The notes: generated by a model from the sequence alone, not told the origin. A DNA stretch of 64,000 nt from Octopus vulgaris (GCA_951406725.2 OX597820.1:102548001-102612000); one strand, 5' to 3'; numbered from the stretch's first letter, positions 13,411 to 25,783 are shown. A program made the numbers and translations.

Positions 13411-14373
13411 TGTGCATTTAGTATAAAGGGTTATAGTTATTATTATTATAATTACAGACAAAATACCATTGGAGTAATGATACAAAATTATAAATAAGCA
13501 AAAAATTGAAATTAAAGGTGACACTAATGGAAACCTCAAACAAATATCTCATCTCATATGTTATAAAATTGAACAAAAACAGGTGTAAAAATATTTTAAA
13601 GAATAAAACGAGAAGAAAAAGAGACAAGAAATAAAGAAAAATAATACCAAGGTGTTCTTAAATCTAAAAAATGACACTTCTACAATGTAATTACTTTAGT
13701 CTCAACAAGCGATCACGGATGAAGTCACTTGCCAAACAAGTTGAATTCGAAAATTTTAAATGTTAACTGTTAATATTGTTTAATACATTTTCAGGCAAAA
13801 CCATGTTTCCTTTAATTAGCGGAGACATATAAATATGTTTTTTTCTTTCTCCATTATTGTCTGAAGCAATATTATCAATTAGTGGTTAAAGTTTTGTTTT
13901 TATTGAATATAACATATTTTCAGCAAAAATATCAACATGTTGGATGCTTGAAGAGGGAGAAACAGATAGAAGCAGTCACGAAAGCCGTGATAGCAGTTAA
14001 CAACTTTGCTTGACAATGCCAAAAAGCGGCATCAGTCGAAAATATTTTCAACGAAGCTTAGCAGATAAAAATGTATTGTTTCTGACAAGAGCAGTCATAT
14101 TCTGGTGTTATACAACAATGAGCTGACGAGTGGCACTATTATAGTTAACATCACCATCATAAACTGTACAAAAGACAAAAAAAAAACAATTAACAGAGGT
14201 GCAAAAAAAAAAAATTGTAGTCCTATATGCCAAAACGGCGTTGTAGACAGAGATCGAGTTCAAGAATAATAACTCAAGAGCGAATGAAATGGAAATAGCA
14301 TACTTCTGCTTCCCGAATCCCGGAAGGAGCATTGATAGGCTTCCAAAAGAAACAGTTTACAGAAGGTCGAGGC

Positions 14374-14565
14374 CAGCGGTCCCCAAACATTTTGCACCGC
14401 AGACCGGGTTCATGCGAGAAAATTTCTCCACAGACCAAGGAATAACATGCATTGCAAAACACATTGAAGTGTTTAATATATAGTTTAACTATTACATATA
14501 TAATGCAGATGTAATAATTACATTGTATATTAGGCACTATATTTCCAATAATATTACGTTGTATT
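14374..14565 (+). mobile_element. hAT-Charlie-type non-autonomous element remnant (5' end)
   Basis: cagcggtccccaaacattttgcacc..gaccgg..aaaatttctccacagac resembles recalled Charlie/MER1-type termini; right end not found. Confidence 0.5.
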
Positions 14566-14574
14566 AGGTATCAA

Positions 14575-15052
14575 GTTGACAGAGTTCTGAGTACGCCAGA
14601 CAAATGGCTTAGCGGCTTTACGTTCTGAGTTCAAATTCCACTGGGTTCGACAAATTTTGGAAACCAGCATCGTATAAGGTACCGAGCTGGTAGAATCCTT
14701 AGCACGCTAGCCAAAATGCTTACCAACATTTTGTTCATCTTTACTGTCTGAGTTCAAACACCAGTGAGGTCGACTTTGCATTTCATCCTTTCCAGTCGAT
14801 GAAAGACAAAGTCAACCTCGGCGGAATTTGAACTCAGAACATAAAGACAGACGAAATGCTGGTAAGCATTTTACCCGGCGTGCTAACGATTCTGCCCGCT
14901 CTCCACTTTATCTGAAACCAATATTAAATTGCACACTAAGGTGGCAGAACCGTCAGCACACGAGACAAAATAAATGCTTAGCGGATTTTCGTCTGTCTTT
15001 ACGTTCTGAGTTCAATTTCTACCGAGATCGGCGGACTTTGCCTTTCATCCCA
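14575..15052. mobile_element. Cluster of four SINE family B fragments including a palindromic pair (14676-14908)
   Basis: Family B sequence on + (14575-14650, 14676-14800, 14939-15052) and on - (14798-14908). Confidence 0.85.
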
Positions 15053-15434
15053 AGAAAACGAAGAATGAGGCAAAGAAACATGCAGAGCGAAAGATAAGTC
15101 GTATATGCACACGTGTATGTGTGTGTTCGTGTGAACTGAGAGAAAGATAGATGTAAAGAAAGAGAGAGAAAGAAAGATTATACTCATGTGAATACAATAA
15201 ATCATTTTCCTTTATCATTATATTAATATGCTTAACTATCATGCATTTGTTTACTTAGTTGGCTTTCCGGCTATTATTTTCCAATTATTTATAGGTAAGT
15301 TTTTGAAGTATTAATTATCATAATTAGCTTTATCGCTATAGCAAGAAATTAAATGACAAGGATTTAATTAGGTGCAAAATTACATTTCAATCCCTACAAC
15401 ATCCCTACTTGCTGATTCACACACACACACAAAA

Positions 15435-16055
15435 TCTATATAATACTAAAAGTTTGTGATTGCGTGCTTGCGTGCTTCTCTCTAATTTAAAATAGCCAAA
15501 TCGGTGCATAATGGGAAAATACTCTGAAAGTAGGGTATCCCTGAAATGTGAATGCTAACAGAATAAAACAAATTTCGCGTAAATCGGACCGCCGCTTCCC
15601 GATATACGCGGTTTCTTTGGGTGTGGGGTGGGGTTGTTTTCACAAATTTAATCAGTGAAACCTGGAGTTATTGCCCTTTATTGTGAACAGCTGGATAGTT
15701 TTGTTTGCGTGCTTTCTTGCATGCACGCTTTTTCTGTAATTTGATACAGTCAAACCGGTGCATAATAGGAAAATACTTTGAGAGTACCACTGAAATTTAA
15801 AAAAAAAGGGATTAAGACAAGTTTTGAGTGATTCGGAGCGCGGGTTCCCGAGATACGCGTCTCTTTCGGGTACCTTTATAAATAGCCAAACCAGCACATG
15901 ATGAGAAAATACTCTGAAAGTAAGGAACCACTGAAATGTGAATACAAACCGAATAAAACAAGTTTCGTGTAAATCGGAGCACGGATTCCCAAGATGCGCG
16001 GTTTTTTCCCGGTACGTTGAACTATTGGTGACCCAACAGGTCACGTGCAGTCTAA
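15435..16055 (+). mobile_element. Non-autonomous Helitron with three internal ~130-bp repeats
   Basis: 5' A|TCTATATAATACTAAAAG; 3' hairpin gtgacc-caaca-ggtcac (16028-16044) then CTAA|T (CTRR); units at ~15489, ~15745, ~15880 share tgcataatgggaaaatactctgaaagta..aaatcgga..ttcccgagatacgcg. Confidence 0.75.
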
Positions 16056-16149
16056 TTATTAATAATAAAGAGCATGGAGACTTGTTCATCTGCAAAGTTT
16101 ATTTCATAATTTAATGCAGCATATTATATATATTATATATAAACATATA

Positions 16150-16510
16150 GGAGAATTTTTTTTTGAAAATGCACCTGAATTTGAAAGAACTTGTAATTCA
16201 TTTTAAATAAATTTATTTACGTACATAACCGACTAGTTTCAACAAGTTTTTGTTTATCAATGGTATAAACGTGCATAAAACAATGAGATCTTAACAATTA
16301 TAATCGCGAAAAAGAAAACATTGAATTTTGTGAACATTAAATCATTTAAAAAGTTTTCTGCTTCGCAATTGTTAAAATTCCATTCCTTTAAATATGTTTA
16401 TACCATTGATAAGAAATTGTTGAAACTAGTTTGGCATCTCTGTAAATAAGTTATTTAAAATCAATTACAAGTTTTTCAAATTCAGGCGCATTTTCAAAAT
16501 CAAATTCTCC
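16150..16510. mobile_element. ~360-bp palindrome of two head-to-head Penelope-pLTR-like modules with degenerate hammerhead motifs
   Basis: Arms are reverse complements (ggagaattt..ttgaaaatgcacctgaatttgaaa / tttcaaattcaggcgcattttcaa..aaattctcc); each arm carries cca-tTGATAA..ttgttGAAACTAGTY. Confidence 0.7.
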
Positions 16511-16535
16511 CCCCTCTCTCTCTCTCTCTCTCTCA

Positions 16536-16575
<40 letters not shown>

Positions 16576-16614
16576 GCATGTATACACACACACACACATA
16601 TATATATATGTATG

Positions 16615-16648
<34 letters not shown>

Positions 16649-16732
16649 TTGATAGATAGATATAGATATGTGTGTATGTGTGTATAAGATAAATAAATAC
16701 ATACATATATATATATGTATAGCACCTCTAAC

Positions 16733-17290
16733 AAAACACGTGTCACTAAAGAATATTACAGCTTAATAAGAAAAATTTGGATCTTAGAACTCTCTGCTTT
16801 CAATAAAACAATGACCCACAATGTGTTTGCAGTGCCAGTACTGCTTGATTGGACGCTTGATGAGATCTGAGCCATCGATGTATCCCCCCCAAAAAAAATA
16901 TACTAACCAGCATAATTTCCGCATAAAGTGACGTAGACTGCAAATAACTAAAACGAAAATAAGGCGGCGGAGGCTTAACATCGATCCAAAATGCCTTTGT
17001 ATGTCATATCATATTCCTTGGGCAAAATCTTTTAACCACCAAGTGTTGAAGTCTATCCCTTGACCAATTTTGCATACATGAGGCTGATAACATTATAAGA
17101 CTTGGAAGGCAGCTCCTTGAGGAACATTGTTTTTGTCAGATAACTTAGAGTATATGCCCGAAGTATATACCGCAACGTATCATCCGGTGAAAGGATGAGT
17201 CTATATGAGCAGAAGACTATGCATGGATACGTTATTAGAAAGCTCCGAGATAATTATAACATTGATCATCAAAGCAGTCTATCATAAACC
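16733..17290 (+). pseudogene. R4/Dong-clade LINE RT thumb fragment
   Basis: Hand translation KTRVTKEYYSLIRKIWILELSAFNKTMTHNVFAVPVL..LDWTLDEI..LKRK*GGGGLTSIQ..YEQKTMHGY..IDHQSSLS resembles the R4/Dong post-RT region. Confidence 0.7.
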
Positions 17291-17700
17291 AATAACCAGA
17301 TCCAGGATGGATGAATGTATACTTTTAGGTGGACGCACGTGGGTGTGCGGACGCACATGTGTAGGTATGAACAGGCGCACTTACGCGAATACTATGAACT
17401 TTTTACCCCCTTACTTTACTCCCTCCCCTTACTTAGTGGTCATTCGAATAGCTCTTTTGTCTTAATAACGGTCAATCATACAGTAATTTCCCATTGTATA
17501 ACGGTCATTTTTCATAGCGTTTTTTTTTTGATGGCCGGATAACTGAAGAGATGGCGGCGTGGTTTTCCACCTCGGCATCCGAAACTCGGAGTTTTATCAT
17601 GGCTACCGAATAATTGTTACATATTACACTTACAGATAAATTCCTCTGTTTACATAATATTGAGGTCTCTTTCTTTCTTTTGTTGTCTTACCATTTATCG
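17290..17700 (+). mobile_element. Penelope-like pLTR / 3' end containing a hammerhead ribozyme
   Basis: Homologous to 46725-46885; ends next to (TA)n; contains the HHR listed below. Confidence 0.65.
17538..17598 (+). ncRNA. Type I hammerhead ribozyme motif
   Basis: Stem I gataa/ttatc; core CTGAAGA (17543-17549); stem II 11 of 13 pairs closed by gtgg-tttt-ccac; GAAA; quasi-palindromic stem III actc-g-gagt; cleavage triplet GUU (17591-17593). Confidence 0.75.
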
Positions 17701-17719
17701 ATATATATACATATATATA

Positions 17720-17792
17720 ATTTTTTACTTGCTTCAGTCATTAGACTGCAACGATGCTGGGGCACCTCCTTGAAGAATTTTTAGTTGAATGA

Positions 17793-17873
<81 letters not shown>

Positions 17874-18462
17874 AAGCTAGCTAGCTATCTATCTATATAC
17901 GTGTTTATGTATCTTATTGGTTCGAAAAGATAAATAGGTTTAAAAATATAAATACTAGGGTCAATTCGTTCGACTAAATTTCTTTACGTTAGTGCCCCAG
18001 CCTGGCCGAAATCTAGTGATTGAGGACGTGTGTGTATATATATATATATTTAAATTTTACTTGTTTTAGTCATTAGACTGCGGCTATACTGACGCACCGC
18101 CTTGGAGAATTTTTAGTCGAATGAAACAACTCTAGTAATTTTGTTTTTCTAAATCTGGTACTTATTTACTCTATATCTCTTACTAAACAGCTAGGTTACG
18201 GGGACGTAAACACCAGCGCTGGTTGTCAAGCAGTGGTGAGGGGACAAACACAGATACAAAGACACACTCAAATTACACACACGCACACATATACATATAT
18301 ACGATGGGCTTCTTTCAGTATCCCTTTATCAAATCCACTGACAAAGCTTTAGTCGGCCCGAGGTTATAAGAAGACACTTGGCCAAGGTGCAACGAAGTAG
18401 GCCTGAACTCGGAACCATGTGCTTGGGAAGCAATCTTCTTGCCACACAGCCACACCTACGCC
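17720..18462 (-). mobile_element. SINE family A cluster (full copy 18055-18462 on -, fragments 17720-17792 on - and 17920-18025 on +, with (CTAT)n)
   Basis: ttttacttgttttagtcattagactgcggc..cacacagccacacctacgcc. Confidence 0.85.
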
Positions 18463-18484
18463 AGAAGCATGTATTCTTGAACGT

Positions 18485-18665
18485 GACACTTTATTTCACA
18501 CTGCTCCAGTCCACTCAGCTTGCAAAAAAGAGTCGTGCCTGTATTTCAAAGGGCTAGCATTGTCACACTGTGGGTCTCATTCTGAATCTCCCAGAGAACT
18601 ACATTAGCTCTACTCGTATTTGTTGAGTGCTCAGCTAGCTGCACGTTAATTTTCCGTTGTAGTAT
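18485..18665 (+). mobile_element. SINE family C-related body fragment
   Basis: cactttatttcacactgctccagtccactcagct..ctgtatttcaaagggc; homologous to 46890-47025. Confidence 0.7.
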
Positions 18666-20379
18666 CCGACGGATTGCCAGTTGAAAATTAGGTACGGTAG
18701 AATAATAAATGAATTTGGAATGATTTTGGATAGAATTAAAAAGTTAATGAAACATATGGGAAAACAAGGAAAGACTAGTTGCTTGGGGAAATATGAAATT
18801 TTGAAGGGTCTCTAGTTTGCAATTTAACCAGTTTGAAAGGCGATTAGTTTTAATTAAATGTGAAAGCTAAATCGTTATTTAGCAGTTTGTGTGTTTATTG
18901 TCATTTATTATTAGGTACAAAATTACTTTGGGTAGATAGCATAGACAACGGTCGTTTGGCAGCGATAGGGTTAAAACTATGTGTCGTTTTTTTAATTTCT
19001 TTGCAGCACATAGAGATATGCTATCGAATAAGAAGAATAATTTCGTTACGATATGTTTGTTTTATTAATTTTAAAATGTCTAAAGATTTTAGGTGGAAAT
19101 GCTAGTTTGGATCCTTTATATATTTGTTTATTTAGTTGTTATAAGTTTAGTTTGAGTTGTTCCCAAGTAGCTGCCATTTAGTATACCGTTTGATTAATCA
19201 TAAATTAGTTTGTTTGCGGTTAAGAGGTTTTATTTACGCTATAAATTCGTTATAATGAGGAAGGTTTTTGTCATATCTATATAATTCATTTATTTTATTA
19301 TAATATTAAAATTTTATCTTTAATTAGTAATTTAATTCGGTTAATATATTTTCTATAATTAGATATATAGTTAATAAATATTGATCTATACTTGTTTTTT
19401 TTTTCCATTGCAGATGGTTCTGGAACATTGGTTGAAAGTTATATTGTTCAACTAGTTCACATTGGGTTCGTTTTTGATGTGGTGTTATATTTGGAATACT
19501 TTACAGAACGAGGAACAGCATAACTATAAGACTATGTTCGTTAATTTATCTATATGTTTGAGGTTCTAGATTTGTTGTTTCTTGTGTTACTATTATGTAG
19601 CTTTTGTTCAATACGTTTAATTCGATAGTTCTACTTATTGCTACAGGTGTTTTTTTTTTTTTTATCACAATGTCTTTTGCGGGGTGAATTAGTTTTATAA
19701 ACCGATTTTTGCATAACTTTATAACTATAAGTTAATCCTATTCTATGTACATTGTATAATGTTATGTATAATAATAAGCAGTTGTTGGCGCAATGAGCAT
19801 ATTATGCTAATGTTTCACTCCTTTTGCTAGTCTAATGATTCCCATGCAACGTTTATGTTGCTTGCTAACATAAACGCTGTTGATACCGTCAGACTGAATG
19901 GTGCTGCCCAGATATCGACAACATAGTGATATTCGCTAGGTAGCAGAAGATGAAGGTGTAGGCTGTGAATCTTTAATATCTTCGGGTCTAGTTATTCTGA
20001 GTTGCCCTTCATTCTTGTAAGGTTGAACATGGTGTTAGGTCCATGAAATATGGTGATTACATATAATAATATTGCTTAAGTGACTTCATGAATAATCTTA
20101 CGTGGTTAGGATAATATTTAATAGTTTCTAGTTTTGGGAGGTTCTGTTGTACACACGCACACACACACACCACAACACACACTCACACACACACACACGA
20201 CACAACGCACACACTCACACACACACATACTCTCTCTCTCTCTCACCCACTCACACACGCACACACACTCATATACATATATAAAACCCTTCGTGTGTTT
20301 ATGTATTTTTATGTGTTTACTTCCCCGGTAAAAGTAAATTTAACTTTTTTTGCTGTTGTGTCATATATTTTTCATTCTT

Positions 20380-20610
20380 TTCCAAAAGAAATTAGGAAGA
20401 TGACATTTAGTTGCTCGCCATTGAGATCATCATGTAGGAATCAACCCACAAGAAGATGATGAAATATGGACGACCTCCTAAAACTATAGCCGCTTTTTCT
20501 TGAAAACAGTTAGTGTTACTGTGATGGCTAAGAGAATGCGATATGTACCACGACAACTACTGTGTCTGCTAAAAGCGAAAATTGAGGCGATAGATGATGG
20601 TTAATGACTA
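20380..20610 (+). mobile_element. Possible old RTE-type LINE 3' end
   Basis: Weak translation HKKMMKYGRPPKT resembles the RTE C-terminal GRP motif. Confidence 0.3.
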
Positions 20611-22094
20611 TGTTCCTTCCATTGGCCTTTTACTAGTATGAGATAAAATTATTTGCTTTCGTTCCTCTGCGATTATCAAATCTCACGACAGCAGAACCTA
20701 GGATGGAATAAAACAGTCTACTATTTCGTTGTTATCTAAGAGCCGATTAGTTCAACCACTTTCCATTTCTAATTATTTGCAGTGTATTAAAACTACTTTC
20801 ACAGTTCGATAGCCAATGTTTTCTCAGTGTGATAGTCTATTGATTGCAGACTACACTACGGAGCGAAACTGGTAAGTTCATTAAATATATAAGAGAATAC
20901 ATAATTAGTTCATATATTGTTTGACACGTTACTAAGATTGGTTCTTAATCTTTCGAGCAGAAAAATAAGCTGTTCAATATAGATATATTGACAAACAAGA
21001 GGAAGATATTTAAGTAATATAATCTACGTACATTTATTTGAAGTACATTAGAGAAATGGCTGTTGTAGTTTGCTGAGATACTAGGATTTCAAATCTAATA
21101 ATTCATAATCTGTGATATACCGTATCCATGGCAATATCTTTAAGAAACCAAAGGATTTTGTTGTTTTGTGTAGGTAAATTCAAATACTGTGATGAGTACA
21201 CCTTTGAATGGAGATGAAATATACCGACTGCCTTACTCTAGATATAGCCTTTTGCGACTCAGATCGTGAGACTCGAGCGACTATACCGTGTGCGTACATG
21301 CAGTATTCTACACATTGTTATCATAACTTAAAAGAATAATAAACTGTTAGAGGAAAGTATGGGTATAGGATCTACTTATAAAGAGTATCGATGTATGTAC
21401 AGTACACAGTTTTGACTGAGACATCTCTTAATGACTGATTAGGAATTAGGAATTGATTGCTCTACGTGTCACACCTAATACACTTCAAATGAATGATATG
21501 GCTATATTTGTAGTCAGTAAAGATAAAACAGCATCTGGTTTTAGACAGTTTTATCGATTGAAATACTATTTTTTTATTATTATATTACTGACTTACTTTC
21601 TCTGCTGATACCTCTTTCATTTGATATGAACTTTCCAATAATTCCAATTGTCTGTAAACATTCGATATTACCAAACAGTAAGCGATACAAATTAAGTTGT
21701 AACGAAAGATGTTAACAAATAAGAATAACTCCAATAACCATGACAACACGAACAAATCAATAATAATGATGATTTTTTTTCTATATTTTTTACACTGGCA
21801 CAGTATTTTAGTTTTGTTACAAGCAGGTGTATATAATTGTATTAAAGTAGACGGTGGACGTGTGAAACGGATTGAATGATGCTTAACCTTAAACATAAAA
21901 AAACCTAAATATACATCAAATATGATGATACCAATGAGATTTTCTCATACTGGCATAAAGGAGTGTATGGTGTATGTGTAGATTAAATCTAGTCCTGGTT
22001 AATCAAACCACGCTAAGTGTGGTTTGACCTGACAATGATATTACTCTAAATATGTTCCTTGATGACAAGGATCTCAACATTAATCATTGTAGCT

Positions 22095-22220
22095 AAAGAG
22101 ACCGATTGAATAAGTACTAGGCTTGCAAAGAATAAGTCCTGGGGTCGATTTGCTCGACTAAAGGCGGTGCTCCAGCATGGCCACAGTCAAATGACTGAAA
22201 CAAGTAAAAGAGTAAAAAGA
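22095..22220 (+). mobile_element. SINE family A 3' fragment
   Basis: gaataagtactaggctt..ggtgctccagcatggcc..gactgaaacaagtaaaagagt. Confidence 0.9.
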
Positions 22221-22306
22221 GATATAAGCATGAATGTATGCGTATATGCACATAAGTATGTACAGACATAAACACACATATACAATGACAAACATAAATA
22301 TAAATA

Positions 22307-23054
22307 TGCATGGTACATTCCAGAAGTTTCGAAACTTTCTTTCGGAGAGGCACTTACAACTGTCTTAGATGATAATAATTTTAGTATAACATTACTATAC
22401 ATGTAATAAAGCTGACCTGCCAACTTTGTTTTATTCCTAAATGCATGAGACAACATTGTGAACACACCGTGCTAAACACTGCCTTTCTTAGCTGACTAGT
22501 TTATAGAATGCTGTCGGTACGTGAAGACAATTTGCAATAAAGCTTTGTGTGAAACAGGACAAAAATGCTACAGAAACTTATGAAATGGATTAATTTGAAT
22601 GAACCAGCTCGTTTGTCGCTGGCTCAAGATGCCAGGTAAAAGAACACCACCGGGAAGTCCATGGGGATTTCCTTTTTCGACAGCAAAGACATCATCTGAA
22701 TCTACAGGGTTTCCTTCCATTTCTGACGATCATCAAAGAGTACTTTTTGACAGATTTCAAGAAGAAATTTCGTCACAAAAGCCAGACTTCGTGAACCAGA
22801 ACAATGGACCAGTTCACAATTCCACCCTAGAAACCAACTACTTGACAGAGATAGGCACCAAAACTGTCGCTCACCCTCCCTGTAATACAGACCTTGCTCC
22901 CAATAGTCCTGGCCACCTTTGAAGGACGTCCATGAGGCCTTCACAAAATGGCTGGAGTGCTACATCAAGTACACTGAATTCACGAAGTCCTACCTTAGCA
23001 ATTAATAAATGCCTCTCCTGAAAAAATCTATAATCCTCTGGAATGCACCTTGCA
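22307..23054 (+). mobile_element. Internally deleted mariner element
   Basis: Imperfect TIRs tgcatggtacattccagaag / ctctggaatgcaccttgca; AIKLCVK..KNATETYEM and QNNGPVHNS..TVAHPPCNTDLAP (decayed DNAP and YSPDLAP motifs). Confidence 0.8.
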
Positions 23055-23102
23055 CACACACACACACGCACACACACACACATACACACACACACACACA
23101 CA

Positions 23103-23268
23103 AATCGACTCCAGGATTTTTTAAAGCCTAGTACTTATTCTAGCGATTTCTTTTGCCGAACCGCTAAGTTACAGGGATGTAAACACCCCAAAAGTGGTTG
23201 GCAAGTGGATATGGGGAAGAAACACAGAAACAAACACACACACACACACACCTACATACACACATACA

Positions 23269-23333
<65 letters not shown>

Positions 23334-23778
23334 TCTTTCACTCTTTTACTTGTTTCAGTCATTTGACTGGGGTCATGCTGGACCACCGCCTTTAGTCGAG
23401 CAAATCGACCCCGGGACTTATTCTTTATAAGCCCAGTACTTATTCTATCGGTCTCTTTTGCCGAACCGCTAATTAACGGGGATATAAACACACCAGCATC
23501 GGTTGTCAAGCAATGCTAGGGGGACAAACAGACACACAAACACACACATACATATACATATATACGACAGGCTTCTTTCAGTTTCCGTTTACCAAATCCA
23601 CTCATAAGGCATTGGTCGGCCCGAGGCTATAGCAGAAGACACTTGCCGAAGATGCCACGCAGTGGGACTGAACCCGGAACCATGTGGTTGGTTAGCAAGC
23701 TACTTACCACACAGCCACTCCTATATACGACGGGCTTCTTTCAGTTTCTATCTAACAAATCCACTCACAAGGCTTCGG
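23103..23778 (-). mobile_element. Young SINE A (23332-23723) nested in the internal (TA)n of an older SINE A
   Basis: The older copy reads continuously 23103-23330 then 23724-23778 once the inner full-length copy is removed. Confidence 0.85.
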
Positions 23779-23827
23779 AGAGAGAGAGTTTGTGAGTGTG
23801 TATATGAGTGCGTGTATGTGTATGTGT

Positions 23828-23888
<61 letters not shown>

Positions 23889-24279
23889 AGACTGGTGCTT
23901 TAGTTACCGAAGACAAGTCGAAGCGGCTAGGTATTCATTCTTTCCCACAGTCTGACAAAACTACCAATTATCTGTCTCATGTTTATATATTCCCCTTAAA
24001 TATATCACTATTTATGTATGCAACACCGACATAAGCCGAAGAAGTCTGTGTCTAGGTAATTGTTACTGCTCGTTTAATAGTTGTGATGTTCTTTGTATCA
24101 ATGAGTAAGTAATTGAAAGTAAGGTAATTCGTTTGGACTTGATAACACCTGTCTTCGTGTTAGAGTAGAAGCGATATGTTTACATGTAAAATGATAAGGC
24201 TTTGAATGGCATATTCAGTTATTGATTTAACTTTCTTTTAGTCTTTAGTTGATAGTGTTGTCTCCTTATCGTAAGCATA

Positions 24280-24415
24280 CCAGAAAAAATACTTAGCGAC
24301 ATTTCATTCGTTTTTATGCTCTGAGTTCAAATTGCGCCGAGGTCGACTTCGCCTTTCACCCGTTTCGGGGGCGATAAAATAAGAACGGCCTTATGCCAAA
24401 ACTTTAAACTAATAT
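24280..24415 (+). mobile_element. SINE family B
   Basis: ctgagttcaaattgcgccgaggtcgacttcgcctttcacc. Confidence 0.8.
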
Positions 24416-24463
24416 TAAATAGGAACTACTTTAACTACCAACAATGGTTTAATAGCAAATAAC

Positions 24464-24501
<38 letters not shown>

Positions 24502-24749
24502 ATTATATATATACTCAGATAGATAGATATATATAGAGAGAGAGTGAGAGAAAAGGAAATGAACGACATTCTTTTATATCGATACAATTGTTTCCAAAAC
24601 TCGGTACGCTCGTAGTTCATAGTGTGGTAATATAATTAACATGTTACCTAATGACTGTCAACCATCGAAGACACAAAATATGTTTCAATAAGGCTTTCTG
24701 TGGATGGCCTTGCATAGCGCACTACCAGTTTTTACCCAAATTATATTGA

Positions 24750-24806
<57 letters not shown>

Positions 24807-24988
24807 ATATCTATGTATGTATGTATGTATGTATGTATGTATGTATGTATGTATGTATGTATGTATGTATGTATGCTAAGTATGGGGGTACTAAATGATT
24901 AGCTACGGTGCTGTAACGGATTAGTAGGGTTCCAAGGTTATAGCCGAGACGGTAGTTATGGACCGACTGCAGATTTCCGATATAGCGG

Positions 24989-25096
24989 ATATATAATTCG
25001 TAAAGAGGACAGCAAACGTCAAGGCAAGGCAAACATCTAAAGTCGTATACCTTTTCCTTGCCTTAACGTTTGTTGTCTTCTTTAACAATTATATAT
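24989..25096. repeat. Hairpin with ~41-bp arms and ~26-nt loop
   Basis: atatataattcgtaaagaggacagcaaacgtcaaggcaagg versus ccttgccttaacgtttgttgtcttctttaacaattatatat. Confidence 0.85.
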
Positions 25097-25104
25097 ATAT
25101 ATAC

Positions 25105-25191
<87 letters not shown>

Positions 25192-25783
25192 TGTATGTGT
25201 ATGTATGAATGTATATATAGATATACGCACATACATGTGTGTAGTTATGGAGGTGGTGGGGGCTGGTGGATCTCGGTTCGTTGAATATGAGTACTCAGCC
25301 ACCTGTACTCTTAACGTAATTCTCAGGCACAATTTGTCAGACACAATGTGTGACAGTGTGTGACAACGATCTCACATCCTGTATGTGCCATTGGGTCAAA
25401 GGGTGGGAGTGTCGAGACGGTGTTTATGTTGGTTACTGACTATGTCGGAACCGAAGACAATTTGCAAAAGCATGGTACATATTACCATAGTCATCTGCGA
25501 GTTACAGCTGGCCTCTTTAGTTTAAATACAAATCTCTTGGCCCTTTGAAGGAACTCCGTCATTGGTGGGAGAAAAGACAAAAGTCATCTTCAAACAGGTG
25601 ACCTTCCGTTAGGGCACGAAAGGACCATGTAGTAGTTTAGTACGTGTTTAGGCAACCCTCTAAAATAATGATTCCTAAGTTTGGCAAAAGAAGAGCAGCT
25701 TTGAAAGAAGGGATGCCAGTTAATTAACTGTTACCTTATTTTATCGACCTCGAGAGGATAAGTTGACCAAGGTGGTATTTGAA

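Noticed and set aside
15489-16010. Repeat-spacer arrangement as a CRISPR array (also 47345-47501)
   Set aside because: Units are long and diverged or only two copies, context is eukaryotic, no cas genes
19780-19822. miR-1993-like tattatgct within a small hairpin
   Set aside because: Only a seed-length match, 4-nt loop and mostly G:U pairs
22003-22027. 11-bp hairpin tcaaaccacgc-taa-gtgtggtttga
   Set aside because: Too short and lacks Helitron or terminator context
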